64,000 nucleotides of DNA, from assembly GCA_965220745.1 (NCBI GenBank), contig CBDCQT010000011.1, positions 64,001 to 128,000 on the forward strand, in the 5' to 3' direction. Within the stretch, counting starts at the first letter, position 1, and the number at the start of each line of letters is the position of its first letter. The notes under the pieces were generated by a model. The model saw nothing but the letters and a program-made list of their open reading frames with translations. It had not been told where the DNA came from and did no database searches. The position numbers were made by a program, and so were the translations under genes. Source of the stretch: Alphaproteobacteria bacterium. GTDB lineage: Bacteria; Pseudomonadota; Alphaproteobacteria; UBA828. Shown in pieces: positions 19,001 to 28,312 of this stretch.

Positions 19001-19228
19001 CTGGTGCCTGTTGTGTCGACAGAGATACAGAATATCGGAGATTTCAACGAGTTCGTTCGCGTGGCTCGCTCGCCGCAAGAGTTCGTGCGCACAATCGACG
19101 AATGTCTCTACAAGGACCCTCTCGCGACCGATCTGCCGCGTCTTCGAGAGCTACTGAAGGAGAATTCATGGCCTGAGCGTGTAAAGTACGTGCTTGAGTT
19201 GATCGAGCAGGAATTCGCAGTGTGCTAG
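16091..19228 (+). CDS. Multi-domain glycosyltransferase (two GT-B/GT4-like modules) with N-terminal coiled coil
   Basis: Two GT-B signatures (MPAKFTDALAMGIPIVAS; NPIKLYVYFSLLVPVVS); heptad repeats followed by SSTSWKATAPLR; exact start uncertain. Confidence 0.82.
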   Translation: MSPPRNVEHTLDETGSRSALLAFETHRSRVGAISAAGSGGRNEGQVTCDGHEETVHALRATIESHEATIEAREATIRARDATIQDLLSSTSWKATAPLRSVSRTFRWYRRVFRGAPRHLYRQGKGRFSRVTSSMRFALAESPARVQAKRSTRPIEISNSVSEIIRESRIQHVKGTSLNTQRRSDREALKITVIAWDLAHNPLGRAYLLADVLRHEYDVELIGATFPDFGNDIWKPLRGCSRVKIKHVPGAYFPEYFRTIKAMVEHIEGDVLYVSKPRLPSLELAILAKLERNRPIILDIDDHELSFFGAREPLSLEELRAERGILDVDVPFGEAWTRHCETLIPHVDQITVSNETLKGRYGGIVLPHVRDECEFDPTIYPREKIRCELGFVPEDRVILFAGTPRKHKGLLRLIAALRELDRPKYKLLVVGSPADGAVTRLLRRVDPSRATLVPDVPYSDLPGYLCAADLVPLLQDEAEPTSAFQMPAKFTDALAMGIPIVASDVPPLVDAANDGLVELLGNATPAQKIDEILSNYAVHKKRANENRENFLGKFSYASNLPKIKQVVERHADHPKPVPDAFHDLVEYQESIYSQTGRTYRNAPKVILPSKVTNTPSVATAALTQRKTERARLRAQRSYVDDKLDVVFFWKQNDSGIYGRRQDMFVKYLARDPRVSRIFHFDAPMNFFRSAGLAARADSMGRCSHSRLVGRQTLNRRLGLANRGKVRFDTFIHVSNRRGPRVFKHIFPRKDDYLEFLDRVSRRHKIGQRRTILWVCPVNFHFLSIEDRLQADLVVADVIDDERKWPVSEAYRDKLSRNYEEVLGLSDLVITNCESVSQSMSALSDSIHLLPNAVELLEEEARHWPKPRELKRLSGPVIGYVGNLDIARIDLDLLRNVVSERPSWNFIFIGSMHKGDEIRELEIYGNVHFLGVRVYEQALRYIRHFDVAIIPHLDNELTRSMNPIKLYVYFSLLVPVVSTEIQNIGDFNEFVRVARSPQEFVRTIDECLYKDPLATDLPRLRELLKENSWPERVKYVLELIEQEFAVC
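16268..16342 (+). repeat. Degenerate 21-nt tandem repeat encoding heptads
   Basis: Encodes ATIESHE-ATIEARE-ATIRARD-ATIQ. Confidence 0.65.
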
Positions 19229-19247
19229 AAGTTTGGAGTGCATAGCA

Positions 19248-19802
19248 GTGAACATCGCCAATGTATCGTTGTCTGAAGTAAAGATCATGAGCCTAAAGAA
19301 GAGCGAAGATAGTCGAGGTTTTCTGTCGGAGGTATATACCAGAAGAACGTTTGAAGCAGAAGGGGACGAAATCGAGTTCGTGCAAGACAACCATTCGTTT
19401 TCCGCCAAGAAGGGAACGGTGCGAGGATTGCACTTTCAGACGCCACCGGTTGCTCAGCATAAGCTAGTCCGTGTTGTGCGGGGATCGGTGTTCGATGTCG
19501 TGGTTGATTTGCGACGGTCGTCATTCAGCTATGGCCGGCATGTGAGTGTTGTTCTTTCGGCTGCAGCATGGAACCAAGTTTTTATTCCCATCGGCTTTGC
19601 CCACGGGTTCATGACGTTGGAAGAGGACACCGAGGTTGTCTACAAGGTAAGCGATTACTATTCGCCGGATCACGACAAGGGCCTTCTGTGGAACGATCCG
19701 GCCCTGGGTATTCAATGGCCAGTTCCCGCGAAGGAAGCCTTGCTCTCCGAAAGGGACCAGGCACACCCAAGACTAGCAGAACTGGAGAGCCCGTTCGCAT
19801 AG
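19248..19802 (+). CDS. rmlC: dTDP-4-dehydrorhamnose 3,5-epimerase
   Basis: DSRGFLSE, FVQDNHSFS, GTVRGLHFQ, GFAHGF, WNDPALGIQWP. Confidence 0.95.
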   Translation: MNIANVSLSEVKIMSLKKSEDSRGFLSEVYTRRTFEAEGDEIEFVQDNHSFSAKKGTVRGLHFQTPPVAQHKLVRVVRGSVFDVVVDLRRSSFSYGRHVSVVLSAAAWNQVFIPIGFAHGFMTLEEDTEVVYKVSDYYSPDHDKGLLWNDPALGIQWPVPAKEALLSERDQAHPRLAELESPFA

Positions 19803-19844
19803 CGCGAATGGACGCTAACCAAGTGCGGCGGAATTGGAGGAAGC

Positions 19845-20906
19845 GTGGAACGAATACTGGTCACCGGCGGGGCGGGATTCATCGGCTCCTGCATGGTGCG
19901 GCGGTTGGTGGAAGCCGGCAAGGAGGTCGTGACACTGGACCTGCTGACCTATGCGGGTCACGCCGAGACCATCGGTGCGCCGCTGGATGCGCCGAACCAC
20001 CGCTTGGAACACGCCGATATCCGCGACCGGCGCGCGGTACGTCGGATCTTTGCCGTGGCGCGGCCGCATGCGGTGATCCATCTCGCCGCTGAATCCCATG
20101 TCGACCGCTCGATCGACAGTCCCATGGACTTCGTCACCACCAACGTGCTGGGGACGGTGACACTGCTTGAGGCCGCGACCGATTACTGGAGCGGTCTGGA
20201 CGGCGCGGCGCGACAACGCTTCCGCTTTCTGCACGTGTCGACCGATGAGGTCTACGGCTCGCTGGGCGCCGAGGGCGCGTTCACCGAGACGACGCCGTAC
20301 CTGCCGAACTCGCCCTACGCGGCGAGCAAGGCGGCCTCCGACCACTTCGCGAGAGCATGGCACCGGACCTTCGGCCTGCCGGTGTTGATCAGTCACTGCT
20401 CCAACAATTACGGCCCCTATCAGTTGCCGGAGAAGTTAGTCCCCGTCGTCATCCTCGCCGCTCTGGAGGGAAGACCGATCCCCATCTACGGCGACGGTGC
20501 GAACGTTCGCGACTGGCTCTTCGTCGAAGACCATGCGCGCGCCCTGGAGCGGATTTTGGAGAATGGAACGCCCGGCGATCTCTACAACATCGGCGCGGAT
20601 GCGGAGATGTCCAACTTGGATATCGTGCGGGCGATCTGTGCTCGGTTGGACGCGCAGATGCCCAAGAGTCCCCATCGTTCTCACGCCGATCTCATCGAAT
20701 TCGTCGCGGATCGCCCAGGACACGACCGCCGCTACGCCATCGATTCCAGTCGCGTTCGCCGGGAATTGGGATGGCAGCCCACCGTCGATCTGCACGAAGG
20801 CTTGGATCTCACCGTGCGCTGGTATGTGGAAAACCGCTGGTGGTGGCAAGGGATCCGCGACGGGGGCTTCGAAGACTGCCGTCGTCAGGGATTGCGGTTC
20901 GGGTGA
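19845..20906 (+). CDS. rmlB: dTDP-glucose 4,6-dehydratase
   Basis: TGGAGFIGS, HLAAESHVDRSI, HVSTDEVYG, SPYAASKA, DRPGHDRRY. Confidence 0.96.
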   Translation: MERILVTGGAGFIGSCMVRRLVEAGKEVVTLDLLTYAGHAETIGAPLDAPNHRLEHADIRDRRAVRRIFAVARPHAVIHLAAESHVDRSIDSPMDFVTTNVLGTVTLLEAATDYWSGLDGAARQRFRFLHVSTDEVYGSLGAEGAFTETTPYLPNSPYAASKAASDHFARAWHRTFGLPVLISHCSNNYGPYQLPEKLVPVVILAALEGRPIPIYGDGANVRDWLFVEDHARALERILENGTPGDLYNIGADAEMSNLDIVRAICARLDAQMPKSPHRSHADLIEFVADRPGHDRRYAIDSSRVRRELGWQPTVDLHEGLDLTVRWYVENRWWWQGIRDGGFEDCRRQGLRFG

Positions 20907-20915
20907 CCTGAAACG

Positions 20916-21802
20916 ATGCGTTCGAGAGTGCTGCTGCTCGGGCCCTATGGTCAGCTCGGGCACGACGTTCGTCACGTGCACGCGCAACTGGGGAGCCCTT
21001 CGACCTGGTTCCTATCCCGCGCGAGACGCTGGATCTGGCCGCAGCGGGGTCGATCGATCGTCTCCTCGGCAGTCTGCGCTTCGACGCTCTGGTCAATTGT
21101 GCGGCGTACACCCCGGTGGACCTGGCCGAGGTCGACGCCACTGGCGCGTTCGCGATCAATACGCACGCGGTGCAAGCGTTGGCGCGGGTCTGCGCGGCCA
21201 AGCGAGCGCGGCTTCTGCATATCAGCTCCGATTACGTGTTCGGTGGCGACGCGGCGTGGCAGCGCCCGCTCCGGGAGGACGATCCCGCCGCGCCGGTCAA
21301 CGTCTACGGCGCCTCCAAGGCAATGGGGGAGAGGCGCGCGCGCCTCGAAGCCGACAATGTCGTCATCCTGCGCACTGCTTCCCTGTTCGGGGTGGCCGGA
21401 GCGGGAGGCAAGGGTGACAACGTCGTGGAGACCATGATTCGTACCGCCCAAGAGAAGGAAACTCTCCGCGTCGTTGACGACCAGAGGATGTCCCCGACCG
21501 CGACTGAAGACGTCGCCCGCGTCGCGGTGCGGATGTTGAAGGACGGTTGCGCGCCCGGAACCTATCACGTCGTCAACGCCGGTTCGGCGACCTGGTACGA
21601 GTTCGCTCGCGAGATCGTCCGCCGTGCGGGTGTGGCAGTGGATGTCACGCCCTGCACCTCCGAGGAATACCCGGTGCGTGCGCTTCGTCCGCGCTACAGC
21701 GTGCTCGACGGCGCCAAGGTCTCGGCCGCGTTCGGCGCCATGCCGGCCTGGCAGGAGGCGTTGGAACGCTACCTACGCACGACGCAGCGGTTGGTGCGGT
21801 AG
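20916..21802 (+). pseudogene. rmlD: dTDP-4-dehydrorhamnose reductase, frameshifted near 20990-20993
   Basis: The N-terminal GPYGQLG is in one frame; [37 protein letters not shown] is in another; one extra G in the GGGG run joins them. Could be a sequencing error. Confidence 0.8.
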
Positions 21803-21870
21803 GCGCGCGGGGCCGAGATAGGAACCGCCGTGGGATGCGAGAAACCGAAATCGTGGCGATAGGAAACAGG

Positions 21871-22785
21871 ATGAAAGGCATCGTCCTCGCCGGGGGCGAC
21901 GGCACGCGGCTCTTCCCGATCACCAGTGTGATCAGCAAGCAGCTCCTGCCCGTCTATGACAAGCCGATGATCTACTACCCCCTCAGCGTCCTGATGCTGG
22001 CCGGAATCCGAGACATCCTGGTGATCACGACGCCGCAGCAAAGCCGGAACTTCCGCGATCTTCTGGACGACGGCAGTCGGTGGGGCGTTGCGCTGCGTCA
22101 TGCCGTGCAGCCGAGCCCCGACGGGCTCGCTCAAGCCTTCCTCATCGGCAAGGCGTTCATCGGGGCCGATACCTGCGCCCTCGCGCTTGGCGACAACATC
22201 TTCTACGGCCACGGATTGGAGAGGATGCTCCGCCGCGCCGCCTACCGGCAAAACGGCGCTACGGTTTTCGCGTACCCGGTTCACGATCCGGAGCGTTACG
22301 GCGTCGTCGCCTTCGACGCGAGCGGCCGCGCGACCGCCATCGACGAGAAGCCCGAGCGCCCGCTCTCCCATTGGGCAGTGACAGGGCTGTACTTTTACGA
22401 CAACGACGTCATCCGCATCGCCGAAGAGATCGAACCGAGCGCCCGCGGCGAGCTGGAGATCACCGACGTCAACCGGCGCTATCTCGATCGCGGCGACTTG
22501 CGGGTCGAGCAGTTGGGCCAGGGGTTCACCTGGTTCGACACCGGGACGCACGACAGCCTGGTGGAGGCGTCGAGCTTCGTCCACACCATCGGGAAGCGCC
22601 AGAACCAGAGCATCGGCGTTCCGGAGGAGATCGCGTACCTGAACGGCTGGATCGACCACACGGAGCTCGCCGCGCTCGGCCATCGTCTGCGCCGGAGCAG
22701 CTACGGCCAACACCTGTTGCGGCTTGCGGGCGAGCTCGACGGGAGCGATGCCGCTGTCCCAGAGCCGTACTCCAACGCTCGATGA
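21871..22785 (+). CDS. rmlA: Glucose-1-phosphate thymidylyltransferase
   Basis: [48 protein letters not shown]. Confidence 0.96.
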   Translation: MKGIVLAGGDGTRLFPITSVISKQLLPVYDKPMIYYPLSVLMLAGIRDILVITTPQQSRNFRDLLDDGSRWGVALRHAVQPSPDGLAQAFLIGKAFIGADTCALALGDNIFYGHGLERMLRRAAYRQNGATVFAYPVHDPERYGVVAFDASGRATAIDEKPERPLSHWAVTGLYFYDNDVIRIAEEIEPSARGELEITDVNRRYLDRGDLRVEQLGQGFTWFDTGTHDSLVEASSFVHTIGKRQNQSIGVPEEIAYLNGWIDHTELAALGHRLRRSSYGQHLLRLAGELDGSDAAVPEPYSNAR

Positions 22786-23777
22786 CGGACCGGAGCCGAA
22801 CTCCGCAAGGGGCTGCCGCTCTCGGTCATGACGATCCGCCCGGCGAGGTCAGCGTCATCATGGTCTCATACAGGACCGGGCCCGTGCTCGCGCCTGCCGT
22901 CGATGCGGTGCTTGCGCCCGATCAAGAGGGCGTCGGCGAACTCATCCTCGTCAACAACGGCAATTCGCCGGGGGTGACGACGGCTCTCGCCCGCCGGATG
23001 GCGACGGAGCCGCGCCTTCGCCTCATCAGCGGTCATGGCAACGTGGGCTACGCGCGCGGCTGCAACCTCGGCGCGCGAGAGGCGCGGGGACGCCACCTGC
23101 TGCTACTGAACCCAGACTGCTGCCTCCGGCCCGGCGCGGTTCCGGCGCTGCTGACGGAAGCTGCCTCGCTCGGCGAAGAGTGGATGCTGGGCTGGCGTGT
23201 GCGCAATCCCGACGGCACCGACCAGCGCGGGTCGCGGCGGGCGTTGCTCACCCCGCTCACCGCGCTGGTCGAAGCGTTCCGGCTCGACAGGCTCTCTCCC
23301 ACGCTGTTTCAGCGACATCGGCTTAGCCAACACGAAACCGCGCTTCCCGAGGGTACGGCCCGCGTGCCTGCCATCAGCGGCGCCTGCATGATGCTGCCGG
23401 GCACCACCTATCGCGCTGCCGGCGGCCTGGACGAGGGCTACTTTCTGCACGTCGAAGATCTCGACCTCTGCCTGCGCCTGCACCGGGCCGGGATCCCTAT
23501 CTACTTCGCACCCCACGTGGAGGCGGTCCATCACGCGAGCACCAGCCGCGCGCACCCGCTTCTGATCGAGTGGTACAAGACCCGCGGCTTTCTCCGCTAC
23601 TTCGGGCTGCACTACGGCAGGCTCCGTTGGCTACCCGTGCTGGCGCCGCTGGCGGCCGCGATCTTCGGCCGTTTGGGTCTCCGGGCCATGTTGACGCTTT
23701 GCCGTCCTGCCGGGCGGCGCGCTGAAAGTCGTCGTCCGCCTCGCTTATTCCGCCAAGCGCCCCGGACCGGGGTCTGA
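22782..23777 (+). CDS. GT2 glycosyltransferase (rhamnosyltransferase-like)
   Basis: [47 protein letters not shown]; ATGA overlap with rmlA. Confidence 0.88.
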   Translation: MTDRSRTPQGAAALGHDDPPGEVSVIMVSYRTGPVLAPAVDAVLAPDQEGVGELILVNNGNSPGVTTALARRMATEPRLRLISGHGNVGYARGCNLGAREARGRHLLLLNPDCCLRPGAVPALLTEAASLGEEWMLGWRVRNPDGTDQRGSRRALLTPLTALVEAFRLDRLSPTLFQRHRLSQHETALPEGTARVPAISGACMMLPGTTYRAAGGLDEGYFLHVEDLDLCLRLHRAGIPIYFAPHVEAVHHASTSRAHPLLIEWYKTRGFLRYFGLHYGRLRWLPVLAPLAAAIFGRLGLRAMLTLCRPAGRRAESRRPPRLFRQAPRTGV

Positions 23778-23854
23778 AGGGCCGCGGTCGTGGTAAGAAC
23801 TCCGGGCTAAGGGATTGACTGATCGATCGGTGCCCGGAAGCGCGGGGGAGTGCG

Positions 23855-24583
23855 ATGAACGACCGGATCGTCCTGATTACCAACGTGGAGCATTTCGTGG
23901 GCCGGCCGGTCGCCGCCGAGCTCGCCGCCCTAGGGGCGACGGTGGTCTGCCACGACCAGAGCTTCGCGGATGCTGCCGCAGCGGATGAATTCGAGGCGGC
24001 CAATCCCGCGCTTGCCGTCGTCCGGGCGCAAGCGCCGGCGGAGATCGTTGCGGCCGCGACCGAGGCCTGCGGGCGGATCGACGTGGTCGTCTGCAACGAC
24101 GCCGGCGCGGCGGTCCGCGCGCCCATCGAGCAGGCACGCCCTGACGACTTGCGATCCGCGCTCGAGGAGATGGTGGTCTTTCCCTTCGAGATGGCGAGCG
24201 CCGTCGTGCCGCAGATGAAGGCGCGCAAGCGGGGCAAGATCCTGTTCATCACCTCGGCGACGCCGCTCAGGGGGCTGCCGAACTACTCGATGTACGTGAC
24301 CGCGCGCGGTGCCACCAACGCGCTCACCGTATCGCTCGCGCAGGAACTCGGCCGCGACAACATCCAGGTCAACGCGATCGCGCCCAACTACGTCGAGAGC
24401 CCGACCTACTTCCCGCCCGAGCTGGTCGAGGATCCCGAAACCTTGACCAAAATGACCCGAAACATCCCCCTGAAACGCCTCGGAAAGCCCGAGGAAGTCG
24501 CGGCTCTGGTGGCCTTCTACGCCTCGGACAAGAGCGACTTCATCACGGGCCACGTCATGCCCTTCGCCGGCGGCTGGGCTTGA
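23855..24583 (+). CDS. Halohydrin dehalogenase (SDR fold)
   Basis: T-x4-F-x-G motif (TNVEHFVG) replaces the NAD-binding glycine motif; S-x12-Y-x3-R triad (ITSATPLRGLPNYSMYVTAR); CHDQSF; APNY. Confidence 0.88.
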   Translation: MNDRIVLITNVEHFVGRPVAAELAALGATVVCHDQSFADAAAADEFEAANPALAVVRAQAPAEIVAAATEACGRIDVVVCNDAGAAVRAPIEQARPDDLRSALEEMVVFPFEMASAVVPQMKARKRGKILFITSATPLRGLPNYSMYVTARGATNALTVSLAQELGRDNIQVNAIAPNYVESPTYFPPELVEDPETLTKMTRNIPLKRLGKPEEVAALVAFYASDKSDFITGHVMPFAGGWA

Positions 24584-24797
24584 GGTTTCCGCGTGCCCTC
24601 GGCGGCGAACGGGCGTTGACCGCCTCGGCCCATGCTATGTTGAAGACGCACCGGACGAGGAGGAGGCGCGTTTCGAGATTCGCGATCCCCTAACGCCTCG
24701 TTGGCCGCCCTCGTTGGATGCAGCCCAGGAGCCGGCACAATCCAATGTCAGCGGCGGGCCACCGAACGGGCGCAAGCCACGAGCGAGGGCATGCACC

Positions 24798-26024
24798 ATG
24801 AGCGACTACACCGTGAAGACGTTGCCCGATGTCGCGCTGACCGATCACTTGCGCTCGGTTCTCGACCGGCTCGACGCGTCGACCGCCGACATCGAAACCT
24901 GCATCACACTGCCGAGAGAGGTCTACACCTCGGAGGCCTGGTTCGAATTCGAAAGGCGCGCCGTGTGGGATCCCGAGTGGGTGTGTCTGGGCCACATCGG
25001 ACAAATACCGGAGGTTGGCGATTACTTCTCAATCACCATCAACGACGACCCCTTGCTAGTGTTGCGGGACGAGACGGGCGAGGTCCGCGTCATGACGGCG
25101 GTGTGCCAGCACCGCGGCCACATCCTCGGCGAGCACGCCGGAAACGCGAAGGTATTCACCTGTCCCCATCACGGCTGGTCCTACGATCTCAGCGGCGCTC
25201 TGATCAGTGCACCAATGATGGACGCGCACGCCTCGCTGGATGAACTGCGCCGGACCAGCTGCCTGCCGACACTGCGCTCGGACATCTGGAACGGTTTCGT
25301 CTTCATCAACATGGACGGCAATGCGCCGCCATTGAATTCGCGGCTCAGGCGGCTGTCGGAGGAGATCGCCAACCACCATCTTGGCGATATGGGAGCCACA
25401 CCGACGTGCGACTTCTCCGGCTATCCGTGGAACTGGAAGTCCATGCAGGAGAATGCGGTCGAACCGCATCACACGTGGTTCGTGCACAAGGGGCCGCACG
25501 ACTTCGCGCCGTCACGGCTGGCAACGTTCGTCGAATGGGACGACGACGATGACGGGGCGGTCTATCACCCCACGGGATTTCTTTATAGGGACGGCGGCTT
25601 CACCGCCGGGTTTCAATCTCTGTTTCCGATCATCGAAACGCTGACCGACAACGAGCGTCAGCGGGTGATGTTCGCGAGCATCATGCCCAACCTCTTCATC
25701 GGCACGGTGCCCGACGGCTGCCTCTACTACATGATCTTGCCTGACGGGGCCAACAGCCTGACCCTGCGGGTGGGATACCTGTTTCCGCATTCGACCCTGG
25801 CCTTGGACAACTTCGACGTGACCTTCAAGGCCGTCGTCGACGGCATCGTCATCTATAACGACCAGGATACCGAGGCCAACACCGCGGTTCACAAGGGTTT
25901 GCGGTCGCGTTTCGCCAATCGCGGGCGCTATGCGCCATTGGAAGGGACCCTGCCGCAGATCAACCGCTGGCTGGTCAAGCGCTACAAGGCATATGCGGCG
26001 CGACTGGACGCGGGATCGGCCTGA
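24798..26024 (+). CDS. Rieske non-heme iron oxygenase alpha subunit
   Basis: CQHRG...CPHHGWSY Rieske ligands; NWKSMQENAVEPHHTWFVH mononuclear Fe site; NDQD. Confidence 0.9.
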   Translation: MSDYTVKTLPDVALTDHLRSVLDRLDASTADIETCITLPREVYTSEAWFEFERRAVWDPEWVCLGHIGQIPEVGDYFSITINDDPLLVLRDETGEVRVMTAVCQHRGHILGEHAGNAKVFTCPHHGWSYDLSGALISAPMMDAHASLDELRRTSCLPTLRSDIWNGFVFINMDGNAPPLNSRLRRLSEEIANHHLGDMGATPTCDFSGYPWNWKSMQENAVEPHHTWFVHKGPHDFAPSRLATFVEWDDDDDGAVYHPTGFLYRDGGFTAGFQSLFPIIETLTDNERQRVMFASIMPNLFIGTVPDGCLYYMILPDGANSLTLRVGYLFPHSTLALDNFDVTFKAVVDGIVIYNDQDTEANTAVHKGLRSRFANRGRYAPLEGTLPQINRWLVKRYKAYAARLDAGSA

Positions 26025-26034
26025 CGCAGTCCCC

Positions 26035-26691
26035 CTACGCCTGAATATCCTTGGCGCGGTTTTCCAGTGCCGCGATGGCGTCGGCGGCGGTCACGGCCCG
26101 GCCGGCGTTGGTCAGCGCCCGCATGAGCGTGAGCGCCGCGTCATGGCCCTGTGCGCTGGTGCCGGCCACGCAGTCCTCCAGCACGTACACCCTGTAATCG
26201 CGCTGATAGGCGTCGCCCGTCGTCCACAGCACGCAGACATCGCTGCAGACGCCGGCGATCAGGAGCGTGTCGATACCCAGGCGACGCAGGTTCATGTCGA
26301 GCTCGGTGCCGACAAAGATGCTGAAGCGCCGCTTGAGGACGCGGATGTCGCCAGGCTCGGGCGCCAGTTCGTCGACGATCTCGAAGCCCTTCGTGCCTTC
26401 GATGCAAGGCGGTTCGGGCGCCTCTCCCGGCGCGGCGCGGGGATGCTTGCCTGTGACCCAGCCGCTCCGCCCGTCCCAGAGGAGGCGCCCGCCGTCGAGC
26501 CCGTCGGCGCGGTGCACTTCCTGGCTGAACACGACTGGCACCTGCGCGTGCCGGGCCGCGGCGATCACCCGGCCGATCCGGGTCACCATGCGCTCCGCCC
26601 CGATGGCATAGGAGCCGACATCGTCGTCGACGAAGTCGTTCTGCATATCGACCACGGCGAGCGCTGGTTGTCCGATCTCCAGTCCGTCCAT
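26035..26691 (-). CDS. Cysteine hydrolase (isochorismatase family)
   Basis: VVDMQNDF, KRRFSIF, GVCSDVCV: Asp-Lys-Cys triad. Confidence 0.9.
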   Translation of the reverse strand: MDGLEIGQPALAVVDMQNDFVDDDVGSYAIGAERMVTRIGRVIAAARHAQVPVVFSQEVHRADGLDGGRLLWDGRSGWVTGKHPRAAPGEAPEPPCIEGTKGFEIVDELAPEPGDIRVLKRRFSIFVGTELDMNLRRLGIDTLLIAGVCSDVCVLWTTGDAYQRDYRVYVLEDCVAGTSAQGHDAALTLMRALTNAGRAVTAADAIAALENRAKDIQA

Positions 26692-26935
26692 TCGTGCGTC
26701 CTCCGATCCTTTCAGCCCCGTTGGTCCGGCGGGGCAGCGCTTGTCTATTGTAGCTCACAAGTAATTTGTGCCTTCGTTGCGGGCCACCGCACCGGCCGGT
26801 AGAGTGCCGTTTCAGCCGCAAGACGCGATCAGAAGCAGTTGGCGTAACGTCCGTCACTTATTGGAGGCGGATGTTCGCAAACAAACACTCTTGCGGAATT
26901 GGGGTTCGGCTTTCGCGACGATGGGAGGCGGAGCA

Positions 26936-28285
26936 ATGGCCATCGGCAACTCTGTCAAGGAGACCGAGCGCTATCTCAATGTGATCGAGCGCTTCAATCC
27001 GGAAATCAATGCGGTCCTCACCAAGACCCCGGAAATGGCGCTCGAAATGGCCCACAAGGCCGACAAGGCGGCCGATGAAGGCGAGTGGCTCGGGCTCCTG
27101 CACGGCGTGCCGATGCTGGTCAAAGACTGCCTCAACGTCGCTGGCACCCGGACCACGTTCGGCTCCGGAATGTATCGGGACAACATCGCCAACTCGGATT
27201 CCGAAGTCGTCCGACGGATCCGGAATTCGGGCCCGGTGTTTCTCGGCAAGACCAATCTGCCCGAGTTCTGCTACGGCGCGACGACCCACAACGTTCACTA
27301 CGGCAACTGCCTGAATCCCTGGGATACGACGCGGATACCCGGCGGTTCGAGCGGAGGCACCGCGGCGGCACTGGCATCTGGCATGTGCCGCATTGCGTTC
27401 GGATCCGACACCGGCGGCTCGGTCCGGGGGCCGTCCGCCCTCTGCGGCATCTCGGGCATTCGTCCGACCGTCGGCCGCATCCCCAACACCAACGCTCTGG
27501 CGCTCACGATCCACGCCGACACGATCGGCATGATGGCGCGGACCGTGCCGGACGTCGCGCGAGGCTTTGCCACGATCGCCGGTCACGACCCAGAAGACTC
27601 ACTGAGCGAAGACGTGCCCCTCGAAAACTTTTTGCCGACGCTGCGGGACGGCATTGAGAACACCAGGGTCGGGATCCCCACCTCCTTCTACTTCGAGAAT
27701 TGCCAACCGGACGTCGTTGCGCGCGTCATGGAGGCCTCGAAAGTCATCGAAGCCTGCGGAGCCAAGCTGGTGGATATCGACATCGAGGGCGCCGAAGAGG
27801 CGCGGGTCGCCGCGGGCCCCACCATATTGGCGATCGACATGGCGGACATGCACCGCGACGGCCTGAAGAACTACCCGGAGGAATACGGCGATGAGGTCTT
27901 GAGGCGCCTGCGCGCCGGCGAGCCGTTCAAGGGAACAGATTACGCAAACGCGCTGAGAATTCTGATCCGGTGGAAGCATCAGTTCAAACGCATCTTCCAA
28001 GAGGTTGACATGCTGCTGACGCCGACGACGCCGATCGTTGCGCCGAAGTGGACGGACGCGGAGGACCTGCAGAAATCGACCCACTCCATTCTGCGCAACT
28101 GTTTTGGCTTCAGTTACGCGGGCGTGCCCTGCCTCAGCGTTCCCGTCGGTCTCGATTCTCAAGGCATGCCGGTCGGCATGCAGCTAGCGGCGAAATGGTT
28201 CCAGGAGCCGCTGCTGTTCCGCGCTGGCGCCGCTTACCAGGAGCGCACCGAGTTTCACAAATTGAGGCCTAAGCTTTCGGCCTAG
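26936..28285 (+). CDS. Amidase-signature family amidase
   Basis: LHGVPMLVKD, GKTNLPEF, PGGSSGG, GSDTGGSVRGP. Confidence 0.92.
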   Translation: MAIGNSVKETERYLNVIERFNPEINAVLTKTPEMALEMAHKADKAADEGEWLGLLHGVPMLVKDCLNVAGTRTTFGSGMYRDNIANSDSEVVRRIRNSGPVFLGKTNLPEFCYGATTHNVHYGNCLNPWDTTRIPGGSSGGTAAALASGMCRIAFGSDTGGSVRGPSALCGISGIRPTVGRIPNTNALALTIHADTIGMMARTVPDVARGFATIAGHDPEDSLSEDVPLENFLPTLRDGIENTRVGIPTSFYFENCQPDVVARVMEASKVIEACGAKLVDIDIEGAEEARVAAGPTILAIDMADMHRDGLKNYPEEYGDEVLRRLRAGEPFKGTDYANALRILIRWKHQFKRIFQEVDMLLTPTTPIVAPKWTDAEDLQKSTHSILRNCFGFSYAGVPCLSVPVGLDSQGMPVGMQLAAKWFQEPLLFRAGAAYQERTEFHKLRPKLSA

Positions 28286-28312
28286 AGCGCGTCCGTTGCA
28301 GATGGACGCGGG

